From Geosiphon pyriformis uo1 (Eukaryota > Fungi > Glomeromycota), in assembly GCA_016748015.1 (NCBI GenBank), contig JAAOMT010000708.1:343968-407967 (forward strand): a stretch of 64,000 nucleotides of DNA, written 5' to 3'. Both the position numbers and the translations under genes were made by a program. How positions within the stretch are numbered: the first letter of the stretch is position 1; each line of letters begins with the position of its first letter. The notes beneath the pieces were generated by a model. It saw only the letters and a program-made list of their open reading frames with translations, was not told where the DNA came from and ran no database searches. This document shows positions 1 through 11,400 of the stretch, piece after piece.

Positions 1-876
1 CAATGAGCAGATGCAAAATCAGTAGCAAATTTCATTTACGAAGACATCATTTATAGACATGGATGTCCAATTGAACTTTTATCTGATCAGAGAACACACT
101 TTGTGAACAACCTGATACAAGAAATTTGTGAACAATTCAGTGTCAAAAGACCTCTGTCTTTGCCCTACTATCCACAAACAAACAGACTTGTGGAACGTTT
201 TAACAGAACATTGTGTGAGTCATTAACCAAAGTCTCAACCGATTTTGGGCAAGAATGAGATCTCTTTATTCCATCAGTGTTACTAGCATATAGGACATTA
301 AAACAAGATACCATGAAACACACACCATTTGATTTAACTTATGGAAGGACAGCAACGTTACCAATTAGTTTTACAGTAGAAACATACTCAGCACAACTGA
401 TTGATGAAAACAATTTCCAAGAAACACTTCAGCGAAGAGCCTACACTCTGCTTAGCACATTGGAAGGAAAACGACAAATAGCAGCCATCCATATTGAACA
501 CTCCCAAGCTCAACAAAAAGAATGGCATGATGACAAATTGCCTTCAGTCACCAATAAATTCAAAATTGGAAACAAAGTTTTCTTACACAGAACTAAAGCT
601 GAAAAACAATGAAGTGGAAAATTTGAAAATAAATAGAATGGACCATTCTTTATCCATAAAGTCTTAGGCAATGGATCATACAAGCTAAGACTTGATGACA
701 AAATCCTAGCAAAAGTTGCATATGGAGATTGTTTGAAACACTATCATTCCAGAAACAATCCTGAACCATTAATTCCACAAATTGGTACACATTCTCCTTT
801 GATCAGTTCCGAAGATATTCCCCGAAACTTAAAACCAATAGTTGTCATTGAACAACCTTTCAACCTAAACACTTAA
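1..876 (+). pseudogene. Integrase C-terminal part (E1), several premature stops
   Basis: LLAYRT..HTPFDLTYGR, K*SGKFENK*NGPFFIHKVLGNGSYKL; stops at former Trp codons; no chromodomain. Confidence 0.85.
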
Positions 877-991
877 TTTAATTTTACTAGTTATTCTCTT
901 ATAATTTAGAACAATCTCACAAAAACAAAACAAAAATAACATAAAAACCCATAAACCAAAAATAAAATTTTTTTTTTTTCAAGTGCTTATA

Positions 992-1711
992 ATGACTATT
1001 TCTCAAAACATTCAACAATTATCCCAAAAACTAATGTTAGCTTTAAAAACAATACCTGAATTATCCATTACTATTACTGGAAACCACATAAATTATACTC
1101 AAACAGAAGTAGTTACAAATTTAGCCCCAAATTTACGAAAATATCACCCATATAAAAAGAACACAAGAAGTTATACTGGAATTTACCTGCCAGAACTTTT
1201 AAAGCTTGCTTTAAGAGAAAACCTAATGCTCACTCCGATTAGTATCCCACCAAATACTACAAGTCAACAAAAACTTCAACTGTGTCTCAATGAGGAAAAC
1301 ACTGAATATTCTCCAATCTATAGATATTTTCACATTGGAAAAACACTCTACGAACGGAAACTGGAACTTACAACAGCAAACCTCACAAAAAAAGCTATTC
1401 AGAAACAACTCCACAACAAATTCAAGACAACAGCTGAATCAACAAACAGTCACTATAGGCTTAGAGCTGCTCTTAGACTTTATGACTTATTCCACACCTG
1501 TAAAAACGTACTACAAAACCCAATTTTTCAACCTTTGAAGATTCAATACATTGGAAAGCTTACAGAACTGAAATTTCAACAATTTTCAGACCAAATTTCT
1601 TCAATAATTTTGGATTATTATCTGGAAATAACAGACAGTACTTGGACTTCAATGGAGCTCAGTCTTGAGGAGGAGGTTATGTTACCAGACAAAATTAGAG
1701 ATATCATTTAG
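992..1711 (+). CDS. ORF3 of E1, ~239 aa protein of unknown function (intact; runs through the PPT into the LTR)
   Basis: Open ORF 983..1711 with ATG at 992; homologous by eye to ORF3 of E2-E7. Confidence 0.75.
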   Translation: MTISQNIQQLSQKLMLALKTIPELSITITGNHINYTQTEVVTNLAPNLRKYHPYKKNTRSYTGIYLPELLKLALRENLMLTPISIPPNTTSQQKLQLCLNEENTEYSPIYRYFHIGKTLYERKLELTTANLTKKAIQKQLHNKFKTTAESTNSHYRLRAALRLYDLFHTCKNVLQNPIFQPLKIQYIGKLTELKFQQFSDQISSIILDYYLEITDSTWTSMELSLEEEVMLPDKIRDII

Positions 1712-2661
1712 CATGAAACTATCTCATAATTCCTATCATTAATTAGCATATATTATCATTTCAAATTATCACTTATTACATTAGCAAAGAATATCCAAAA
1801 TTATCATTTAATTAATAACCCAAATTGTACACAACACAAATGTAACCTAATTGCGATGATCAATCATGCAATACCCCGAACTATGTAACATTCAAAAGTT
1901 TGCCGAAATTTATAGAAATTTGCCAAAATAATTGATAGTTCACCAAAATATCTAATAGTTCACAGAAATAACTTGTAGTTTGCCGAAATGTATCTTTAGT
2001 TCAGCGAAATTGTAGAAAATAGTAAAGTTCAAGTTCATAGAATAGTGTTATAACAAGTTGTATAAAAGAAGAGCTTCTTTTTTCGAGAAAATGTATCTTA
2101 CTTTAGATTTATCTCTTAAAACCATTCCTATATACACAAAAAGAAATAAATATCAAATAATTCAAAAAACCAAATTTTTTAATTATTGTACTTGGAAAAA
2201 CCCCCAAAAACCCAATTAACATTTTGAAATTGATTAGTTACCAATTTCAATAAACTATTAGTGACTCCAGGCCTGGATAGAAAACGTTTCTCTTGACAAA
2301 AATTTTATTTCTTTTATATTTCTTTTATTTTTCTTTTCTTTTCTTATTACAATCATTAGGGTAGCCTACAGACGAGATTCCTGTAGAAAAGTTGACTTTC
2401 ACAGCAAAGTAACTATACATTTTAGTGAGCTTCCAAATGAGCAATTCCTGGGAAAGAGTTGACGTTTACTACAATGTAACTACATAAAGTAACTGGCAAG
2501 AAATTGGCCATTTCACTTATAAGCCCAGCAGTTCAAATTATAGGAGATAATTTGAAGATAAATTCAGTTACTGAAGGTTCAACTACATCCAGAAAACGTG
2601 AATTCACAACAGACAGGCATCAACAACATTTAAGAAAAGAGACCAAAAACCTCCGGTAACA
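1680..2661 (+). repeat. 3' LTR of E1 (family A, ~980 bp)
   Basis: TGTTACC/GGTAACA terminal inverted repeat; homologous copies at 24921, 27830(-), 41690(-). Confidence 0.92.
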
Positions 2662-2999
2662 CTGGTCAAACAATTTTCATTTCACCATATAGCTGATACA
2701 TGTTAGCAATAGAAAGGAGAAAGAAGAAGCAAGAACAGATTTTTGAAGCAGAAGCAACCCTTTGTGAATCAGAAAAAATTGGACTTATCAATCTACACAT
2801 ACCAGCCAAGAGCCATAACCATATCAAAATTCCCATCTACAATAACACCGGAAATATTGTAAAGATACTGGAAAAAACCACTCTTGGATATTTAACCACA
2901 GAAATTGAAGATTAAGCACCAAGCAGCATTCCAGATTTTCTACAGCTTTGTGAATATGTGGACATTACATCACAAATCATCTATGGACAAAACAAATGT

Positions 3000-4428
3000 T
3001 ATCTGTTACAGCCAGAACAATTGAAACAGATGAACATAAGAAATCTAGACCCACTTCAACAGATGCAACTAAAAATGTTACTCAATAATTTCAATGACAT
3101 CTTTGCCAGTGAAAACAAATTTGGCAGAACTGATATTATCCAGCATCAGATCAAGACTGGAGATGCAATGCCAATCAAACAGTGAGCATATAGGGTATCA
3201 TCAGCCAGCCATGAAATCATTTGTTAAGAGATCAACCAAATGCTTGACAATGGGTTAATTCAGTCATCAATGAGCCTATGGTTGTCACCAGTAGTACTCA
3301 TTTATAAGAAGAATGGAAAAATCCGATTTTGTGTAGACTACAAGAAACTCAATGGTGTAACTCATGGAGACAGCTATCCAACTTCACAAATACAAAAACT
3401 ATTTAACGCTTTTGGTGGAAACAAATGGTTTTCAATGTTAGACTTGGATAGTAAGTACTGGCAAGTAGCCATAGATCCAGCCAACAAAGAAAAAATAGCG
3501 ATCACTACAAAAGAGGGAAACTTTGAGTTTGAAGTTATGTCATTTGGCTTAACCAATGCTCCAGTTATATTCCAATGGCTAATGGAAATCATGTATACCG
3601 GCTTATTGTGGAAATCAGTAGTTGTATACTTGAATGACACCAATGTGTTCTCAAAAACATTTGATGATCATCTATGTTATTTCTAACAAGTGTTCGAAAG
3701 ACTACGATAAACAGAATTAAAATTGAATGCAACAAAGTGTTTTTTTGGCAAAACAGAACTAAAATTCTTGGGACACATAGTTAGCAAAGACTGCATAAAA
3801 ACAGATCCAGAGAAAATAGAGATAGTAAAGAACTTTCCAATACCAACCAACGTAACTGAGCTGAAATCATTCTTGGGATTTGCAAACTATTATAGACACT
3901 TTATAAAAAACTTTTTAAAGATAGCACAACCACTCAATAATCTTCAAACCAAAATGCAAAGTATGAATGGACTAAACCCAGCAAGAAGCATTTGACATCT
4001 TAAGAAAAAAGCTTATTCAAGCTCCAGTATTGATCTATCCAGATCATAGTAAACCATTCATTATCACCACTAATGTATTAGGTTAAGCATTGGGAGCAGT
4101 ACTATCTCAGAGAGGATTAGATGGAAGAGAACATCCAGTCACATATGCCAACTGAGGTTTGACTCCAGCTGAAAAGAACTATAGAACACCAGAATTAGAA
4201 CATCTAGTAATCTATTGGGCAGTTATGAAATAGAAAGAATACTTGAGTCAAAAGTTTGAGGTGTATACAGATCACAAAGAATTGACATCACTCCAAAAAC
4301 AAAAATTTGGAGATGGAAGACAGTCAAGATGGAAAATGGCTCTTTTGATATACACTTATACTATACATTATAAAAAGGGAAAAGACAATGGAAATGCTAA
4401 CAGTTTGTTGCGAATGAGACAAATCTAA
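3000..4428 (+). pseudogene. Reverse transcriptase and RNase H (E2)
   Basis: ORF fragments 3240..3686, 3723..3995, 4243..4428; ends NANSLLRMRQI*. Confidence 0.85.
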
Positions 4429-4489
4429 GAACATTTCAACCCAAAAATATAACAAAACCAAAACAATACTCACGAAAATATAACAAAAA

Positions 4490-5872
4490 ATGAACACACA
4501 AAAATATCAACAACTTCAACATTATATAAATACTCAATAGTTTAAAGAGAAATTATCTCAACCAGAACAAAAAAGAATCAAACAACAATCCAAATATTTT
4601 ATCACTCACCAAAATATACTTTATTGGAAAAATAAAAAAGATTCAGATCAACCAACCAAAGTAATTACAAAACCAGAAAAGGAGATGATACTATTCAATA
4701 TGCATTCAGACCCAACTGCAGGACATTTTTATAAAGAAGCAACCATAGAAAGAACCAGAAAGAGATACTATTAACCATCAATGTATTCAGACATCATCCA
4801 ATATGTGCAAAATTGTGATGCTTGTCAAAGAAGAGAAAGAACAAGACCCAGCAAACCATTGAGACCAATCAAAGTGGGACAACCATTTGACCGTATTGAA
4901 ATCAATTTAGTCAGACCATTAACAATTACCAACAGAGGCAACAGATATATTGCAGTAGCCATAAACTATCTTACTAAATGGCCAGAAGCCAAAGCAATTC
5001 AAAAAGTGGATACAGAATCCGTTGCCAAATTTGTCCATCAAGATTTGATTTGTCAACATAGATGTTCAAAAGAACTATTATCAAACTAAGGAACCTATTT
5101 TGTGAATAGAACATTAGCAGAACTAAGCCAAAGATTCGGAATTAAGAGACTACTATCATCACCATACCATCTACAAACCAATGAATTAGTTGAAAGATTT
5201 AATAGAACATTGTATGAAGCAATAGCAAAACTCAGCCAAAAAAACCAGGACAAATGGGATTTGTTTATACCATCAGTATTATTTGTTTATTGAACAATGA
5301 AGCAAGACACCACACAAGCAACATCATTTAAATTAATATACAGTAGAACAGCAATATTACCAGTTGAGATAGAGGTTAACACATATCTAACTAAATCAAT
5401 AACAGAAAAGAATTTTCAAGAAATATTGTTAAGAAAAACATATAACTTAATGGAAACATTGGAAAACAAACAAAGAAGAGCAGCTGATAATATACAAAAG
5501 TCACAAGAGAAACAGAAAGAAAGACATAATAATTAATTACCAGACAAACCAGTTAAATTCAAGATTGGAGACAAAATACTTTTACATTGTACCAAAGTAG
5601 AAAAACAATAGAGTGGAAAATTCGACCCCAAATGGGATGAACCATTTCACATAGAAAAAATTCTAGGGAATAGAGCTTACAAATTAAGACTGGATAACAA
5701 AATCTTAACCAAAGCAGCACATAGAGATCGACTGAAACCATATCACAACATCACACTACCATCCACCAGTAATATTCTACAATTAGGAGTACAGAAGATA
5801 CTAGTCTAACCAGAGAAAATTCTACAAGATCTGAAACCAATCATCATCATTAACAACAACACATTAAATTAA
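4490..5872 (+). pseudogene. Stand-alone integrase ORF (E2)
   Basis: Own ATG (MNTQKYQQLQHY); HSDPTAGH..CDAC zinc motif, YLTKWPEA, GPF-like region. Confidence 0.8.
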
Positions 5873-5926
5873 TCTATCAAAAGAATATATAAAAACATGG
5901 TAGACGTGACAAGAAATAGCAGAAAA

Positions 5927-6556
5927 ATGGATATTACAGATAACATCTACTCATTAGCATAACAACTTTTTCAATTGATTCAACATCAAGAGATGAAAAT
6001 TATAATTAATCAACAAACCATCTGATATCAAGACACTAGAAAGACATTACCACATAAAACACAGAAGAAAACAGAAAATACCATTGACAAAATCATTGTG
6101 AAAATAAAGTTAGCAATAAAAGAGTTGACAAAAGAGTTACTATACCAAAAGTTAACTAAAAAAACTTGGAATTGGTAGATACAACAATTTCCAAGAAACT
6201 ATTGTTATTTTTACTTGGAACAACACGTGAATATCCAGAATCTATATATGGATAAAACAAAGCAATTATTTGACACAAGAATACTACAACAATTAGAACA
6301 TTTTGTGAGAAAGAACAACTTATTCACACAGGTCTGAGCCATATACCAAATACACACAGCATTTCAGGATCAACCAGAAATCTTACTTAACAAAGCAATA
6401 AATACGGTTACCAGTAATCAATTAGTAAAAATCACCAATGCTCAATTTGAAGAATTACAGACTCAAATAACACAAGTAATTCTCGAAAATGAAATTCAGA
6501 AAATACTTCAAGAAGAGAAATTAACAGAGTTAGATTTTGACAGAGCTCAAAATTAA
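5927..6556 (+). pseudogene. ORF3 of E2 (stops at former Q/R/W codons)
   Basis: MDITDNIYSLA.QLFQLI...YCYFYL...AIYQIHTAF...KITNAQFEEL; stop just before the PPT. Confidence 0.75.
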
Positions 6557-6569
6557 AAGGAGAGAATAA

Positions 6570-7439
6570 TGTTATTTATAGAAATATAAGAAATATATAT
6601 TAGCATAGTTATTAATTAATCAGAAGTAGACATAGTAAAATGTGGAATTCCAGTATTCTTCTCAGGAATTACAGGATTCCAGGAATTACAGAATTCTCAC
6701 AAGAAATTGCAGAATTCCAGAATTCCAGGATTTTTCTCAAAGGAATTGCAGGATTCCAGAAATTTCAGGATTCCTGTTGTGAAGAATTGAGAAATTGAGG
6801 AATCTCAATTATGTATATATAGCAGTAGGATTAGAAGCTAAAAAGACAGACCTCTCAGTTTAGATTTTATCTAGACAACTTTCCAAACCACAAATAAATA
6901 ACTGTTTGTTATCTCAAATCTGCTGCCATTATCAACACTTCATGTTGATAGTAATTGATACTTAACCATACTGGAACAATAGCTCTTGATCACAGCTATT
7001 GACAGAATACTAACTTGCAAATTGCCTTGGCTTATTTCTTTTCTTTCTTTATTTTCTTTTCTTTTCTTTATTTCTTCTTTGATTTTATTGTTGTTTACTA
7101 ACTCTATTGAGGATTAATGCACGGAGTACTAACATCTGAATAAACATAACTGGTAAAAGACCCAGAAATAAGGGTAGAACACTCAATTGAGGATAGCTTA
7201 CCAGAAGGAATACTGGCCATCAAGTTGAGAAAGAAATTGACAAAACTGCGGTTTTGGAAAGCTATGAATAAAACTATTACCATTAAATCTCTGTTCATTA
7301 TACAAAGAACTCAACCAAACCCTTTGAATACAGACTTTTTAGACACCAATCTTCAGATCACTATCAACTGCAATTAGATTTGAGCACCAAGTTATGGGTT
7401 TATTATTTAATTTAACACCAGAAATAGTCACCTGTAACA
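6570..7439 (+). repeat. 3' LTR of E2 (family B, GGAATTCC-type U3)
   Basis: TGTTA...TGTAACA, TATA (TGTATATATAG), R/U5 shared with other B-type LTRs. Confidence 0.9.
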
Positions 7440-7521
7440 ATGACACCAATGTCTTCTCTGAAACGTTTGACAATCATTTGCTTCATCTGTAACAAGTCTT
7501 CAAATGCTTTTGTAGTACTGG

Positions 7522-8344
7522 TATTACTCATAGAAAAAGAAAACAGATATAGAAAAATAGGAGGCCAATAGAAGAATAGTAGTTAGCACATGAGCATATT
7601 GCTCAGCAATATGGAGCAATGTCAGAAATCACAGCACATCACTCAGCAATGTGGAGCAATGTTAAGAAAATACAGCACATTGCTTGAGAAATTATAGCAC
7701 ATTGCTTGGAAATGTGAGCAATTTTATAGAATCCAAATTATGTATATATAGCGGTAGCATTAAAAGTAGAAAAGACAGACCTCTCAGTTTAGATTTGATC
7801 TAAGCAATCTTCCATTCACAAATATCAATAAATAATTATTCACTATTTTAATCTACTCTCCACTATCAACACTTCATGTTAATAGTAAGTGATACTTAAC
7901 CACATGAAAACAATAGCTCTTGATTATAGCTATTAATGGGATATTAACTTGCAATTGCTTTCATTTATTTCTTTATTTTTTTCTTTTATTTTCTTTGTTT
8001 TGTCATTTCATTAGTTTTACTAAACTGATTAAAAATTAAATACTGAGTTATTGACATCAAGGATAGCCTGGTAAAAGACCCCAAAGAAAGGATATAGGAA
8101 TTGAGAATTTAAGGATAGTTTACCAGAAGGACATCTCTGTCAAGATTACCAGCCATCATGCTGAGAAAGAAATTTGATAGAATTGCGATTCCGGGAGGCT
8201 ATGGAAAAGACAACACTTGAATCTCTGTTCATTATACAAAGAACTCCACAACAAAACCTTCAGATATTGACACCAGAATACCAACCCAGCACCAAGTTAC
8301 AGATTTGTTATTTGACTTAAGACTCCAAATAATCATCTGTAACA
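7522..8344 (+). repeat. 5' LTR of E4
   Basis: Direct repeat of 16742-17563. Confidence 0.95.
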
Positions 8345-8346
8345 TT

Positions 8347-8363
8347 TGGTGCTTCCTGTGAGG
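8347..8363 (+). other. tRNA primer-binding site TGGTGCTTCCTGTGAGG (resembles the 3' end of elongator Met or Ile(UAU) tRNA; identity uncertain)
   Basis: Starts TGG after a 2-nt spacer following the LTR end; similar site in E7 at ~40894. Confidence 0.8.
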
Positions 8364-8407
8364 TATAATCCTACAGAAAACCAGCACCAACTACACTCAT
8401 CCCAAAA

Positions 8408-11400
8408 GTGGCAGAATCAAAAAGTATAGGAGCAAACCATTTAGGATTCGCAAAATCCTTATTTTAACATTACTGTTAACACTTAGGATTAAACCAAAAT
8501 CATATATTAGCAAAATCAGCCTTTGATTTTTATGTCAATGAGAGAATTGCATATTTGTTAGGAACACCAGTAAATACTGAATCAGCAAGAGAAACTTTTT
8601 ACCATGAATTAATCCAAAACACCAGCCTACCAACAAATTATAATTTTACATTCATCATTACTGAGATTAATAAAAAAATTAAACATCACACACAACAAAG
8701 ATATCCAATCACTTATGCTAGTAAAGGCAAAGAAAAATTACAAATACTAGCAGTGACACCAAAACAAATACAACCACTCACTTGAAAGAAAACCAGAGTT
8801 GAATCACCAACAAATTCATCATACTACTATACACCTGGAAGTGCCATCAACATCACATCAACAGGTGTGTTCACATTACACATGACATCAATCTTTGGAC
8901 AATTTCTATTTCAGAGTAAACAAAAGAAAGAAGATCTTTTAGGACCATACAGCATGTATTTTGAAAAATTTAAGTCCCGATCACCAATGCCATCAGGACT
9001 TCGATCTCCACCACTCCAACCAGATTTCAGAACCACGAGTCCCTGAAAAATAATGAAATCGGAAGAAGAACAAGAAAAAAAGGAAGAAGAATCTGAAGAT
9101 CAAAAATTTACTTACCAGAATCTGATCTCAGAGAACCCGAACATTAAAACTCCAAATTTTCAGACTTAGTAAAATCTAAATTTAGAAAATCCAGAAATTG
9201 AAACTCTGAATTTTCAAACACAGCCAAATCAGAATGACCGAAACCCCAACTTAATTAATCAACAAAACTTACCTCTTGGAATCATTATTAATTAGCCACT
9301 AGCCAAACCCATATAACAGCCACCCCAACAACCACTTCAACAAATTCATCAGCTGTCTGTATCGCAACAACAACAACAAATGGCATATGTACCAATCATA
9401 AAGCTCGATAAATTCACTGGCAAAGAAGATGACACCCAAGTCTGGCTGAATGATGTAGCTAAAGCAATTACAGCCAATAACTGGGATGATGATAGAGCCA
9501 TGCAAGCAATCCTCTATTTTCTTCAAGACATTGCCAATGCATGGTACCAAAGTCTTACCACCAAACCCCAAAATTTTAATGAATTCAAAACCGAATTCTT
9601 GAGGTATTTTAGTAATAATAATAGCATCAACAAGTTAACCAACACCTTCACCACAATCAAACAAGAGAAAACTGAAGCAGTTACCACTTACTTGCGACAG
9701 TTCTACAGGAATCTATGCCAAATTCAAGCAATCCAAGCTGACTATTTTACAGCACCACAAATTCTAAACCAGTTTATCTGTGGGTTGTGTAGTAGCATCC
9801 TCCAATGCATACACCCAATACACCCACAAACTCTCCAGAACACAATTACCAATGCATGAGATTTCGAAGCAGCTAAACTAGAAGCCAATTATGCTCAAAC
9901 TGTAAATCTGGTCATAAATGGATTATCTGAATTGAATTCCAAATTGAAACAATTCAGTGATTCAATTAATCAGAAATTGAAAAGATACTTAGCTAACAAT
10001 TGCACAATATATCAACCACCACAATGACACAATAATTCTGGAAACACAGATTGTTTTCAGAATCAGTCACATCCAACATCCTTGACCAATCAACAGTGGC
10101 AGCAGGAAACACGTATTTGCCACTATTGTGGTAGACAAGAACATTTGCAATTTGAATGTCAAAAAAGAATAAGTGACCAGAGATCAGTTAATCAGTATTG
10201 AAACTTTGATTGCCGACTACAAACTCAGAATTACATCAGTAATCAATCAAACCCAGCTCTATATCAACAAGATTACTTACCTATGATGCAGCTGATATAT
10301 CAAACACCAATGACGCAGCAATTATACTTACCTTCAGTCTATCAGCCTCCAACAGCAATTTATCAACTGCAGTTCTAACCCAATTATCAGCTGCAGTCTC
10401 AGGTAAATTATCCATTCCAACAACATCAAACACTGCCACAGAACTTACCTCAAAACAGAACTCAAAGACCAAGATTAACACAGCAAAGCTGGAGATCATT
10501 GATGGCAGTCCATTAACTGATCCCCAGTTCCATAGCACAACTATCAAGATCTCGACCATGGAATTCAGGCACTGGATATGCCCAAAACCCAAATTCCCAA
10601 AACTATTTAAGTTTTCTGGTTACCCCAAAAAACGCCCCACCCAATAATCCGGAAACCAACCAAAAACAATCACTCACCAACAACATACCTTCAGCCACCA
10701 TCACTAACAACGAATCATTAGCAGTGATCTTTCCATTTGAACTTGAAGAAATTATACCAGTCCCATTATTCAGTGGAGCCACTCTTAACACCAAACCAAT
10801 CACCACTATGTACACTGATGCCAAAATCAATAGCCACTTCATCAAACTGATTCTAAATAGTGGATCAGCTGGCAGCATTATTACAAAGCAACTCATGAAC
10901 CAATTAGGTCACTAAGTTGATCACGCTGCCAGTGCCAGAATCATAACTGCTGATGGAACAACCAAAACTCCCATTGGTGAGATTGATGACTTCCCTATAG
11001 AAGTTAACGGCATCATTGTATCAATCAAAGTATTAGTCATAGAAGCCACCCAATACCAAGCACTTGTTAGTAATGATTAGTTATCTAAAACCAACACATT
11101 GCTTGATTGGAATATGCAGGAGCTTCAAATCAGCCAGAATGGATAATACACACATGTACCAGCCATGTATGGCCACTTTATAACCACCAACTTGACAGCA
11201 CCACTCATAGAGTTCAAAGAAAAAAAAAAATCTACCTGAGAAACTTATCAAGTATTCTGGGCTAACAAAGAACACAACAAGCTACTGCCAGTACCTTTGT
11301 GGGACAACAATAACAGGAAAGAAAAGAAAAGAGAAGAACTTATCTGGAACACTGACCAAAACTGAGAAACCTATAATGATCAGAATGAATTATCAACAAT

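Larger units (their letters stand above)
1..2661 (+). mobile_element. Ty3/Gypsy element E1 (LTR family A), 3' part: integrase, ORF3, PPT, 3' LTR; inserted into E2
   Basis: Integrase motifs (YHPQTN-LVERFNRTL, GPF), purine tract GAGGAGGAGG, LTR TGTTACC...GGTAACA; host E2 pol resumes at 2662. Confidence 0.9.
2662..7439 (+). mobile_element. Ty3/Gypsy element E2 (LTR family B), 3' part: RT, RNase H, integrase, ORF3, 3' LTR; inserted into E3
   Basis: RT fragments (IRFCVDYKKLN, YLNDTNVFS), RNase H, integrase HHCC/core fragments, PPT AAAAGGAGAGAA, LTR 6570-7439. Confidence 0.9.

Noticed and set aside
992-1711. ORF3 as an env gene
   Set aside because: No signal peptide, transmembrane helix or furin/fusion motif visible
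2369-2440. Hammerhead ribozyme core (CAGACGAG/CAGATGAG ... GAAA)
   Set aside because: Lacks the invariant CUGA and the stem topology does not match; kept only as a generic structured RNA
7883-7990. Intron or U1-like signals in LTRs (GTAAGT, ATACTTAAC, T-tract)
   Set aside because: GTAAGT is not conserved across LTR copies and there is no consistent acceptor
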